A DNA stretch of 64,000 nucleotides, from the NCBI GenBank assembly GCA_045537795.1, contig JAZSQE010000065.1, positions 101,418 through 165,417 of the forward strand. Reading direction: 5' to 3'. This DNA comes from Kiritimatiellia bacterium (GTDB lineage Bacteria > Verrucomicrobiota > Kiritimatiellia > RFP12 > UBA1067). Shown in pieces: positions 44,728 to 53,017 of the stretch (the first letter of the stretch is position 1; every line of letters starts with the position of its first letter). The notes beneath the pieces were generated by a model. The model made no database searches, was not told the origin of the DNA, and saw only the letters and a list, made by a program, of their open reading frames with translations. The position numbers and the translations under genes are program-made.

Positions 44728-45456
44728 GTGACGATTATCGAAGCGCTTATCGATTTGCAGGAAGTCGACGGAAGAATCCGTGAACTTGAAATTGAAATGA
44801 AAGATCTTCCCCGTCGAAAGGCGCTTGAAACCGCAAGACTCAGCGGTGTTTCGGTTGATCTTCAGGCGGCGAAAGCAAATTTCGAAGAAGCCTCGCAGCG
44901 CGTAAAGAGCTACGAAGAGGAGGCGAAGGGTTTCAAGGAGAAGGCCATGCAGCTTAAGACCGCGCAGGCCGGGCTTAAAACCAACAAGGAATATCAGCAG
45001 TTCTCCATCCAGATCGATCTCGTCAACCACGATGCCGAGACGGCCGAGAACAATCAGATCGCCGCGATGGATCTTCTGCCTTCGGCTCAGGCCCGCATCG
45101 ATGAAGCCCAGGCGAAGTACGACGCCGAGAAAGAAGGCGTCGACAGATTCTGCGCGGAAGTCGACGAGCGTATCGCGGCTGTGCAGAGCGAGCTCGCCGA
45201 AGCGCAGGCAGAGCGCGCCGAGAAGGTCAAGGCCGTGGGCGACCCCAAATTCATGCTTTATTACGAGAGACTGCGTACCAAGCGCTGGCCCGTGGTCGTG
45301 CCGCTCACGCACGACGGAGTGTGCGACGGCTGTCATCTCGTTCAGCCCCCGTCCGTCGGGCAGCTCGCCGACGCGAACGCGAGGAACGGTCTTGAGGGCA
45401 AGCCCCAGAGCGTTGTTGCGTGCACGATGTGCGGGCGCGTTCTCTATCGCGGCTGA
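44728..45456 (+). CDS. coiled-coil protein with C-terminal C4 zinc ribbon (COG1579-like)
   Basis: It has a GTG start. LIDLQEVDGRIRELE opens a long coiled coil, and the C-terminus has CDGCH...CTMCGR, a zinc ribbon. Confidence 0.6.
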   Translation: MTIIEALIDLQEVDGRIRELEIEMKDLPRRKALETARLSGVSVDLQAAKANFEEASQRVKSYEEEAKGFKEKAMQLKTAQAGLKTNKEYQQFSIQIDLVNHDAETAENNQIAAMDLLPSAQARIDEAQAKYDAEKEGVDRFCAEVDERIAAVQSELAEAQAERAEKVKAVGDPKFMLYYERLRTKRWPVVVPLTHDGVCDGCHLVQPPSVGQLADANARNGLEGKPQSVVACTMCGRVLYRG

Positions 45457-45477
45457 AAAGCGCGATCTTTGAAATTT

Positions 45478-45858
45478 TTCTTCTGAAGCGACGCGCGTGT
45501 GACCGGTCGCTGCCGCAAGGCAGAGGAAAGTCCGGACTCCACAGGGCGGAGGATCCGCTCGTCAAGAGCGGAGAGCCGGGGGCGATCCCCGGCGACGGAA
45601 AGTGCCGCAGAAAACGTACAGCCCCGCGAGGGGTGATGGTGAAACGGCGGGGTAAGAGCCCACCGGCGCGGAGCGAGAGCTTCGCGCGCAAGGCAAACCC
45701 TCCTCGGAGCAAGATCGAATAGGGAACCGACCGGCTGCCCGTCGGGTTGGCGATGAAAGAATCGCCATAAGGTTCCGGGTAGATCGCGAAGATGAATGAT
45801 CGGACCCCGCGAGGGGGAACAGAATCCGGCTTACTCGCCGCGCGTCGCTTCAGAAGAA
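45478..45858 (+). ncRNA. rnpB: RNase P RNA, bacterial type A
   Basis: The universally conserved GAGGAAAGTCCGGACTCCACAGGGC occurs near the 5' end and ACAGAATCCGGCTTAC near the 3' end. A 20 bp P1 helix pairs TTCTTCTGAAGCGACGCGCG (45478-97) with CGCGCGTCGCTTCAGAAGAA (45839-58). The exact ends are +/- a few nt. Confidence 0.9.
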
Positions 45859-45880
45859 AGAAATAAGGAAACGTACATCC

Positions 45881-47011
45881 ATGAAAATCTGGGGTATAAC
45901 GGGAACGAACGGCAAGACCACGACGGCGTGGATCACGGCCGAATTCATCCGCGCCGATCCTTCGCGCAGATGCGCTCTCGTCACGACCGTCGAGACCGAC
46001 ACGCTTTCGCGCAGGCTGTATACGGGGTATACGACCCCGCCTCTGGCGACACTCAAGGAGCTTTTCGCCGAGATGGAAGCGGCTGATGCCACCGACTGCG
46101 TGATGGAAGTGTCTTCCCATGCCATCCATCAGCGCCGCACGGGAGATACCGTTTTTTCCGGCGGCGCGTTCACGAATCTTTCGGAGGACCATCTCGACTA
46201 TCATCGCACGATGGAGGAATATTTCGCTGTCAAACGCTCTTTCGCCGAGCGTATCGCCGCGGCGCGATGGGGCGAGGGCGTCATGCCTGCGCCGGAGCTC
46301 GGGAGACGTGATTTTCCGCCGTATGCCGTCTGCCTCGACGGCGGTATGGGCAAAGAAATGTTCCATGCCGTCGGCAATCTGCCGTTGAACGTCATCGCCG
46401 TGAGCGCGGCATCTGCGCGTTTCGATCTTGCGGGGCTGAAGCTCGCCGGCGCCTACAACCGCTCCAATGTTCTGCTCGCGGCCGCGCTCGCCGAAGCGGC
46501 CGGAGTGCCGCACGAAACGATACAGGCTGTCATACCGACGCTTGAACCGCGCTGGGGGAGGCTGGAGAAGGTCGCATCGCGGAGCGACGCCGAAGTCTAC
46601 GTGGATTTCGCCCATACGCCCGACGCTCTCAAAAAGGTTCTTGACGCCGCTCGCGCTTTCACGTCCAACAGACTCTGGGTCGTATTCGGCGCGGGAGGCG
46701 ACCGCGACCGCGCGAAGCGGCCTCTTATGGGCGCGGCAGCGGATTCGCTCGCCGATGAAATCGTCGTGACGAGCGACAATCCCCGCAGTGAAGAGCCGAT
46801 GTCGATCGTCGCCGATGTTCTCGGCGGGATAAGGAAAAAGGTCCCGCGCGTCGAGGTCGACAGACGCAAGGCCATCCGTCTGGCGCTCTCGCTCGCGGGA
46901 AGGGGAGACGTGGTTCTCGTCTGCGGCAAAGGTCATGAAACGACGCAGGAGATAGCGGGCGTCAAATATCCGTTCGACGATCGCGAAGAAGTTCGCGCAT
47001 TCGTCCGCTGA
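45881..47011 (+). CDS. murE: MurE-like Mur ligase (meso-DAP type DNPR motif) lacking the N-terminal UDP-binding domain
   Basis: It starts directly at the P-loop (MKIWGITGTNGKTTT). It has the central-domain motifs EVSSH and NLSEDHLDYH, the C-terminal DFAHTPDAL, the DNPRSE motif and GKGHE. It is 376 aa, compared with about 490 aa for canonical MurE. Confidence 0.65.
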   Translation: MKIWGITGTNGKTTTAWITAEFIRADPSRRCALVTTVETDTLSRRLYTGYTTPPLATLKELFAEMEAADATDCVMEVSSHAIHQRRTGDTVFSGGAFTNLSEDHLDYHRTMEEYFAVKRSFAERIAAARWGEGVMPAPELGRRDFPPYAVCLDGGMGKEMFHAVGNLPLNVIAVSAASARFDLAGLKLAGAYNRSNVLLAAALAEAAGVPHETIQAVIPTLEPRWGRLEKVASRSDAEVYVDFAHTPDALKKVLDAARAFTSNRLWVVFGAGGDRDRAKRPLMGAAADSLADEIVVTSDNPRSEEPMSIVADVLGGIRKKVPRVEVDRRKAIRLALSLAGRGDVVLVCGKGHETTQEIAGVKYPFDDREEVRAFVR

Positions 47012-47022
47012 AAGGAGAAACC

Positions 47023-47274
47023 ATGCCTGTTTACGTATATGAAGCGAAAGACCCATCGAAGGGGTGCATGAAATGCTCTGGCGCTTTCGAGATATCCCAG
47101 TCGATAAACGACGAGCGTCTCGCATTCTGCCCCGATTGCGGGGCGGAGATTTACCGAGTGATCCAAGCGCCCGGTCTCGGGCGGTCGAAGAGCGATCTGC
47201 ATTACCGCGCCAAGCGCGCCGGTTTCAACTGCCTCAAAAAAGTCGAAAAAGGCGAATACGAGAAGATGTACTGA
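47023..47274 (+). CDS. FmdB-family zinc-ribbon protein
   Basis: The sequence MPVYVYEAKD...CMKCSGAFE...CPDCGAE follows the CxxC-CxxC FmdB pattern. Confidence 0.75.
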   Translation: MPVYVYEAKDPSKGCMKCSGAFEISQSINDERLAFCPDCGAEIYRVIQAPGLGRSKSDLHYRAKRAGFNCLKKVEKGEYEKMY

Positions 47275-47277
47275 CGC

Positions 47278-49608
47278 TCATCTCTCCGCAAGGGCGGCTT
47301 CGAGCCAGTCCGTCTCGGTTATGACCGCGCCCGCGAGGCGTGATTTGCGCTCCAGTATCGAGTCGATGCGCTCCTCGAGCGTGCCCGAAGAAATGAAGCG
47401 GTGGACGAAGACCGTCTTTTTCTGGCCGATGCGGTGCGCGCGGTCTGTCGCCTGGTTCTCTACCGCCGGGTTCCACCATCTGTCGTAATGCACGACGTGC
47501 GTAGCCTTGACGAGATTGAGGCCGAAGCCGCCGGCTTTGAGCGAAAGGATGAAGGCTTTTTCTCCGCGTCTGTTGAACTCTATGATTTCGCGTTCGCGTT
47601 CTTTCGCCGAAAGTCCGCCGTGCAGAAAGCGGATTTTGGTCTCGCCGTATTCGTCCGCGAGCCTTTTGCGCAGAAGAGCGCCGACCTTCGCGTACTGCGT
47701 GAAGACGAGAACGCTTTCGCCGTTTTCGAAGACGTTGCCGACGAGTTCCGCAAGGCGGTCGATCTTGCCGCCCGCGATCGTTCCGTTGTCGCCGTCCACG
47801 CCGTCGCACACGAGTTTGAGTTCGGTGAGAAGAGCGAACACGTCGCCCTGTCTGCGCGCTGAGGCGCCGAAAGCGCACAGCGCCGCTTCGTATGCCCGTT
47901 TTTGCGCCGCGTTGAGCATGCAGTATTCGTTGATCTCCCGTTTTTCCCCGAGTTCCGCCGCGATATCGGGATCGCTCTTGAGTCTTCTGAGGATAAACGG
48001 CTCGAGCGCGTGTCTGAGCCTTTTGCCGGCGGCGCTCGTTTCGTTTTCCGCTACGGGTTTCACGAACCGTTCGCGGTACGATTCGAAGTCGCCGAGAAAG
48101 CCGGGATTGAGAAAATCCTCGATAGACCAGATGTCGGCAAGCGAGTTTTCCACGGGAGTGCCCGTTAGCGCCAGCCGCAGGGGCGGCGTAAGAGACTTGA
48201 CCGCGCGAGCGATGTTGGTGACGTGGTTTTTGATGCTCTGCGCTTCGTCGATGGCCATGGCGTCCCATGCGACTTCGGAGAACGACGTGTGGTCGCGCAC
48301 GAGAAGATTGTAACTCGTGACCGTCACGTCGGCTTTCGACGCCGCGTCGAGAAAGCCGCTCGCCCGACGGCGGTTTTCGCCCTGATGGACGTATACCTTC
48401 AGGCCCGGGGCGAATCTTTCGAATTCGTGCTTCCAGTTCGACAGAAGGGTGAGCGGCGCCACGACGAGCGTCCTGAGGCCTTTGCGGCGCGATCTGCACC
48501 GGAGAATCCACGCGATCGTCTGCAGGGTCTTTCCGAGCCCCATGTCGTCCGCGAGAAGCGCTCCGAACCCGTTGGACGTCAGAAAATCCACCCATTCGAC
48601 ACCGCGCGACTGGTACGGACGCAAAACGCCGGCGAGACCGTCTATGGCGGCGGCTTGCGGATCCGTCGTCAGCCGTCCTTCGCAGGCGCGCGCGCGCAGA
48701 TTGTTGACGAGGCCGCGCAGCCAGCCGCCCGTCTTTACCTTTTCGATCTCTATGTCGCCGATTCTGCCGATGCCCATCGCGAACGTAAGATGCGACACGC
48801 CTTTTCTCGGGTCGCTCTTTTCGAGCGCGGCGAGCGCCTGCATGAGAATGTTGCGGTCGACCTCGATCCAGCGATCTCTGAAGAAGACGATCGACGAGCC
48901 CTGATCGAGAAGAAAGCGGATTTCTTCGGCGTCGACCTTTTCACCGGCGACCTTGATGACGAGTTTCGTTTCGATGCTCCGGGTGGATGACGCGTCCTGC
49001 GGAGCGTTGAGTTCGGCCTCGGCCGAGACCGCGGCGGCGATGTCCGCGCCTTCGACTTTGTAGAGCGCGTCGGCGAGGCGGGCCGCCCCGCTTCTGACGA
49101 AGCTCTCCGCTTCGGCGCGCGAAAGTTCGACGCTCAGGCGCTCTCCGTCGCGCTTGAGCCCGGCAAGCGGCGCGAATATGTACATTGCCTGTCCGAGCGC
49201 TCGGTAATCGCGCAATGTCGAAGGGATGGCTACTGATATCGAGAACGGGACGAACGAGAAAACGATGGAACGCCGAGAGGCGATGTCTTCTTCGGCGAGC
49301 CCGTTCCATCCGCGGATGTCGGCCGCGAAGGCGGCGGCTTCTTCTTCATCCCAGACGACGAGCCCGGTATCGCTTTTAAGCGCCATCATCCAGGCGTCGT
49401 GGATCGTTTCGTGCTTCTGGTCTTCGGCGTCTTCGCTCAGGCGCGTCACCGCCGCGCGCCTCACGTATTCGTCGACCCACGGATTGTCGTCGGCGGATAT
49501 CGCCCGCCATCTGGCGTGCCAGCCGTCTTCCTCTTTGACGAAATCGGGATATATCCTGCCCTCGGCGACGATGCGCAGCGCTTCGCGTTGTTTAGGGCTT
49601 AGTTTCAT
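47278..49608 (-). CDS. SNF2-family helicase/translocase with bacterial SNF2-associated N-terminal region
   Basis: Motifs are LRPYQSRGVEWV, LADDMGLGKTLQTIA, DEAQSIKN and the helicase C motifs (QATDRAHRIGQ). The start is at MKLSPKQ (49608) with GGAGG 7 nt upstream; the longer ORF-track start is rejected. Confidence 0.85.
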   Translation of the reverse strand: MKLSPKQREALRIVAEGRIYPDFVKEEDGWHARWRAISADDNPWVDEYVRRAAVTRLSEDAEDQKHETIHDAWMMALKSDTGLVVWDEEEAAAFAADIRGWNGLAEEDIASRRSIVFSFVPFSISVAIPSTLRDYRALGQAMYIFAPLAGLKRDGERLSVELSRAEAESFVRSGAARLADALYKVEGADIAAAVSAEAELNAPQDASSTRSIETKLVIKVAGEKVDAEEIRFLLDQGSSIVFFRDRWIEVDRNILMQALAALEKSDPRKGVSHLTFAMGIGRIGDIEIEKVKTGGWLRGLVNNLRARACEGRLTTDPQAAAIDGLAGVLRPYQSRGVEWVDFLTSNGFGALLADDMGLGKTLQTIAWILRCRSRRKGLRTLVVAPLTLLSNWKHEFERFAPGLKVYVHQGENRRRASGFLDAASKADVTVTSYNLLVRDHTSFSEVAWDAMAIDEAQSIKNHVTNIARAVKSLTPPLRLALTGTPVENSLADIWSIEDFLNPGFLGDFESYRERFVKPVAENETSAAGKRLRHALEPFILRRLKSDPDIAAELGEKREINEYCMLNAAQKRAYEAALCAFGASARRQGDVFALLTELKLVCDGVDGDNGTIAGGKIDRLAELVGNVFENGESVLVFTQYAKVGALLRKRLADEYGETKIRFLHGGLSAKEREREIIEFNRRGEKAFILSLKAGGFGLNLVKATHVVHYDRWWNPAVENQATDRAHRIGQKKTVFVHRFISSGTLEERIDSILERKSRLAGAVITETDWLEAALAER

Positions 49609-49625
49609 CTGCGCACCTCCGCGCG

Positions 49626-50642
49626 TCAGGAGAGTCTGAACTCGCAGATGACCGTCGTGCCCGACGGGATTTTCGACTGTATGTTGAAATTGTCGGCGAC
49701 GCGTTTCGAATTCGCGAGCCCCATGCCGGCGCCGAAACCCATCGAGCGGATCCAGTCGTTCGCGGTCGACGTGCCGTCCTGACACGCCCATTCGACGTCT
49801 TTGATGCCCGGGCCTCTGTCTTTGGCGATGACGGTCGCCTTTTCGCGGTCGAGGATGAAAGTTATGGTGCCGCCGAGCGAGTGGATGCAGACGTTGATCT
49901 CAAGCTCATACGCGGCGACCGCGACGCGTCTGACGATCTTGTTTTCGATCTGCGCGTCCTTGAGCATTTTTTTGATTTCGTTGGCGGCCTTGCCCGCGTT
50001 CTGGAGATCGTTTCTGACGACGACGAACTGGCGCATCGAGTAGTACGGGAGCACGCCTTCGCTTCGCGTAACCGTTTCGTCGGCGCATGTCCTGCCTTCG
50101 AGTTTTGCGATCTCGTTGGTCAGTTCCTTCATGAGAACGCGCGTCAGATCGCGCTGCGAGACGATGCCCACGAAATCGCGGTCTTTGTTGAGCACGGGAA
50201 AGCGCCCGAACGTGTAGTTCTGGAAGAACTTGATCGCGAACGCCAAAGGCATGTCTTCTTCGAGCACAACGAGATTTGTCGCCATGTGGCGGCCCGACGT
50301 TTCGTTTATCCAGCCTCCTTCTAGCGCTTTTATGATGTCGTTGACGCTGATTATCCCGAAGAGGCGCCTGCCTTCGAGGATAGGCACGCCGGATATCTTG
50401 TTCTGCCGCATCAGCGTCTGCGCCGTCTTCAGCGTGTCTGCGCGCGAGACGGAGATGATGTTTCTGTCGCGCATCACGTCCCGCACCCTGAGGCGCTGGA
50501 GAAGCTCCATGATGACGAGCGGCGAATCTTCCGCTCCGGGCAGCGCGGGCCCGGAGACGTTCCTGCCGTGCTCGGCCATTATCTGGTCGTCGTTGCGGCT
50601 TTCTCCGCCGGTCAGGATTTTCGGGCTGTACGGCTCAGCCAT
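49626..50642 (-). CDS. CBS-pair domain protein fused to GHKL/anti-sigma-type ATPase (RsbW/SpoIIAB-like kinase fold)
   Basis: It has two CBS repeats (VRDVMRDRNIISV..., GVPILEGRRLFGIISVNDI..., FPVLNKDRDFVGIVSQRDL). The C-terminus then has ELEINVCIH...DRGPGI...GFGAGMGLANSKR, the HATPase N, G1 and G2 boxes. Confidence 0.7.
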   Translation of the reverse strand: MAEPYSPKILTGGESRNDDQIMAEHGRNVSGPALPGAEDSPLVIMELLQRLRVRDVMRDRNIISVSRADTLKTAQTLMRQNKISGVPILEGRRLFGIISVNDIIKALEGGWINETSGRHMATNLVVLEEDMPLAFAIKFFQNYTFGRFPVLNKDRDFVGIVSQRDLTRVLMKELTNEIAKLEGRTCADETVTRSEGVLPYYSMRQFVVVRNDLQNAGKAANEIKKMLKDAQIENKIVRRVAVAAYELEINVCIHSLGGTITFILDREKATVIAKDRGPGIKDVEWACQDGTSTANDWIRSMGFGAGMGLANSKRVADNFNIQSKIPSGTTVICEFRLS

Positions 50643-50979
50643 TTTTCTCAGCCTCGAGCGCCGCGTGTATTCTCACGCACGAATCGTATTTCGAAAGCGG
50701 AGAGGAGATCAGAGGGATGCCAAGCGTGTCGGCGACCTGGCACATCGTCTGCGGCAGGGGCTTCGCGTTGTGGACGACGACCGCCATCGCGCCGACGATG
50801 TTCGCCGTGCGGATCGCCTGGTCGGAGGCGAGCGACGTCAGAAGAAGTATGTCGTCGGCATCGTTGAGAAGAACGTCGCTCATGAGGTCGTTGGCTACGA
50901 CCGCGCCGACGGTTCTGTTCGAATCTCCTCCGGCAACGAGAGTGCCGTCCAGCGTTTTTACGATATCCTCGATTTTCAT
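50635..50979 (-). CDS. DRTGG domain protein
   Basis: It is 114 aa. The pattern VVANDLMSDVLL...ILLLTSLASDQAIRTANIVGAMAVVV...IPLI is typical of stand-alone DRTGG proteins. It overlaps the downstream CBS gene by 8 nt. Confidence 0.65.
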   Translation of the reverse strand: MKIEDIVKTLDGTLVAGGDSNRTVGAVVANDLMSDVLLNDADDILLLTSLASDQAIRTANIVGAMAVVVHNAKPLPQTMCQVADTLGIPLISSPLSKYDSCVRIHAALEAEKNG

Positions 50980-50986
50980 GGCGTAT

Positions 50987-50995
50987 ATTATACCA
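50987..50995 (-). promoter_or_regulatory. TGGTATAAT extended -10 box, 7 nt upstream of ATG 50979 (leaderless candidate)
   Basis: The minus strand reads tggTATAATatacgccATG. Confidence 0.45.
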
Positions 50996-51063
50996 AAATA
51001 TCAGCGCGTTTTACGGGAGAGGGACGGAACCCGGCGCGCTTGCGCAGTCGGGCGAAAAAATAG

Positions 51064-51069
51064 TATAAT
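51064..51069 (+). promoter_or_regulatory. TATAAT -10 box, 7 nt upstream of pcnB ATG (leaderless candidate)
   Basis: The sequence is tagTATAATaccatctATG. Confidence 0.45.
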
Positions 51070-51076
51070 ACCATCT

Positions 51077-52276
51077 ATGTTCGGTTTTTTGAGGAAACGT
51101 GCCCGGCTGCCGGTCGTATACAAACGGCCGGAGCATTGCATTTCCCGCAAAAACATCGATCCCGACGCGTTGAAAGTCCTTTACCGCCTCTCGTCGCTCG
51201 GTTATACGGCCTATCTCGTGGGCGGCGGTGTGAGGGATCTTCTTCTCGGACGCGAGCCGAAGGATTTCGATGTCGGCACGAGCGCCAAGCCGAACGAAGT
51301 CAAGCACGCGTTCAGGAACTGTTTTCTCATCGGCAGACGTTTTCGTCTGGCGCACGTCAAGTTCCATGACAAGGTGATCGAGACGGCCACCTTCAGGCGC
51401 AATTCGCAGACGGTCGGTGAGATTATAGAGCACGCTTCCGAAGGCCCGTTCGAAGACAACACCTTCGGCACTCCCGAAACAGACGCGTACAGGCGCGACT
51501 TTACCGTAAACGGTCTTTTCTACGACATCAAAGATTTCTCCGTGATCGACTGGGTCGGCGGCATGAGAGATCTCGAAAAGGGCGTCATCCGCGCGATAGG
51601 CGAGCCCGGAATACGCTTTCAGGAAGATCCCGTCAGGATGATGCGGGCGATAAAGTTCTCTTCGCGCCTCGGTTTCAGGATCGAGAAGAAGACGGCCGCC
51701 GCGATGAAGAAGCATCACGCCGCCATTCTGACCGCGAGCGTGCCGCGCGTCTGCGAAGAAGTGTTCAGGCTTTTTTCATACGGTCACAGCGCCGAAGCGT
51801 TCATGCAGTTGTACCGCTATGGGCTTCTCGGCGATCTCATGCCCGAGCTCGCGAAGTTCATCGACGCAGACGGCGGCGTCAGGTCGGTGACGTTCAAGCA
51901 TCTCAAAACGCTCGATGAATACGACCGCATGATGAGCGCGAAAGGGCTCGACGTCTCGAACGCGCTCAGGGCGGCGGTTCTGATGACGGGGATATTCCGC
52001 AAGGAGGGCAAGGACGGCGCGGGCAGAAAGGTGATGTCGATAATGACGTCGGCGCTCAAGATACCCAAGGCGACTTACTTCACGGCCGTCCTTCTTCTGG
52101 AGAGCGCGCGCAGACTCTCGTCGTCTCCGGCGAAGGGAAAGTCGAGATTCATTTACAACCGGGATTTTCTCGATGCGCTTGACTACAACCGTATCGTGAC
52201 CCGTGCGGAAAAACGCAGTGAAAAGGTCCTCAACGAATGGGCCGATCTTTACGAAGAGAAAGGAAATAAAGAATGA
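51077..52276 (+). CDS. pcnB: poly(A) polymerase I
   Basis: ISRKNIDPDALKVLYRLSSLGYTAYLVGGGVRDLLLGREPKDFDV...FRNCFLIGRRFRLAHV tracks the E. coli PcnB N-terminal region closely. The ORF-track start at 50717 is antisense overlap and is rejected. Confidence 0.85.
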   Translation: MFGFLRKRARLPVVYKRPEHCISRKNIDPDALKVLYRLSSLGYTAYLVGGGVRDLLLGREPKDFDVGTSAKPNEVKHAFRNCFLIGRRFRLAHVKFHDKVIETATFRRNSQTVGEIIEHASEGPFEDNTFGTPETDAYRRDFTVNGLFYDIKDFSVIDWVGGMRDLEKGVIRAIGEPGIRFQEDPVRMMRAIKFSSRLGFRIEKKTAAAMKKHHAAILTASVPRVCEEVFRLFSYGHSAEAFMQLYRYGLLGDLMPELAKFIDADGGVRSVTFKHLKTLDEYDRMMSAKGLDVSNALRAAVLMTGIFRKEGKDGAGRKVMSIMTSALKIPKATYFTAVLLLESARRLSSSPAKGKSRFIYNRDFLDALDYNRIVTRAEKRSEKVLNEWADLYEEKGNKE

Positions 52277-52926
52277 AAATCAGTCCAGAATTCCTCCCTG
52301 TCGTCGAATGGTGGGAGAAAGACGGTAAGCAGATCGTCGCGGGTATAGCCATAGCCGCGGTCGCATGGGGCGGCTGGCATGCGTGGAAGGCTCATCAGGC
52401 TTCGGTCAGGACGGCGGCGAGCGACGCTCTCGTCAACGCCATCACCACGGAGGAGATGGAAGAGGCCGTTTCGCGTTTTTCGGGGCAGGCCGCGGGGGGC
52501 GCCCTCAAACTGCGTCTCGCGAAGAGCTATTACGACGATGCGCGCTATGAAGAAGCGCTCGCAGTTTATGAAGGTCTTGTCGGCAACGCTCCCGAAGGAT
52601 TTGAAGACATCCCCGTCGTCGGCAAAGCCCAGTGTCTCGAGGCTTTGGGCAAGTTCGCCGAAGCCGCGAAGGAGTTCGACGCTTTCGCAGAGGCGAAAGC
52701 CGGCAATTACCTGACCCTTACCGCGCAGCTCGGAGCCGCACGCTCCTACGCGCAGGCGGGCGACAAGAAGAAGGCCCTCGCTCGTCTTGACGCGCTCAAG
52801 AGCGCGCTCAAGGACGACGAACTTTCAAAGGCCCGCATAGAAGCGACGATTGAAGTCGTCAAGCGCTACGAAAAGCCTGCCGAGAAAACAGTCGCACCGG
52901 CCGCGAAGCCCGCCGGCAAGAAATGA
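52273..52926 (+). CDS. membrane-anchored TPR-like protein (YfgM-like)
   Basis: It has a single N-terminal TM (IVAGIAIAAVAWGGW) followed by Ala-rich TPR-like helices. There is an ATGA overlap with pcnB. Confidence 0.5.
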   Translation: MKISPEFLPVVEWWEKDGKQIVAGIAIAAVAWGGWHAWKAHQASVRTAASDALVNAITTEEMEEAVSRFSGQAAGGALKLRLAKSYYDDARYEEALAVYEGLVGNAPEGFEDIPVVGKAQCLEALGKFAEAAKEFDAFAEAKAGNYLTLTAQLGAARSYAQAGDKKKALARLDALKSALKDDELSKARIEATIEVVKRYEKPAEKTVAPAAKPAGKK

Positions 52927-53017
52927 TATTTAATCCCACGATAAACTCTGAACCCCGGGATGACCAAACCCATGGCCTGAAAGATAATCTCTAAAAGGCC
53001 GTTAAGGAAAACAAAAA

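Noticed and set aside
45305-47125. 606 aa minus-strand ORF and small plus-strand ORFs (45420-45722, 45562-45768) across the rnpB region.
   Set aside because: The region folds as a textbook type A RNase P RNA, with the conserved GAGGAAAGTCCGG and ACAGAATCCGGCTTA boxes and a 20 bp P1 helix. The ORFs are by-products of GC-rich structured RNA and of the antisense strand of murE.
47278-49608. SNF2 helicase considered as the core of an anti-phage defence system (DISARM, Zorya or BREX-like).
   Set aside because: None of the required partner genes is nearby: no methyltransferase, PLD or DUF1998 protein, ZorA/B-like motor, PglZ or nuclease. The N-terminal region looks like the common bacterial SNF2-associated domain of housekeeping RapA/YwqA-like proteins. 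The association with DRTGG and CBS-GHKL is kept only as a lower-confidence finding.
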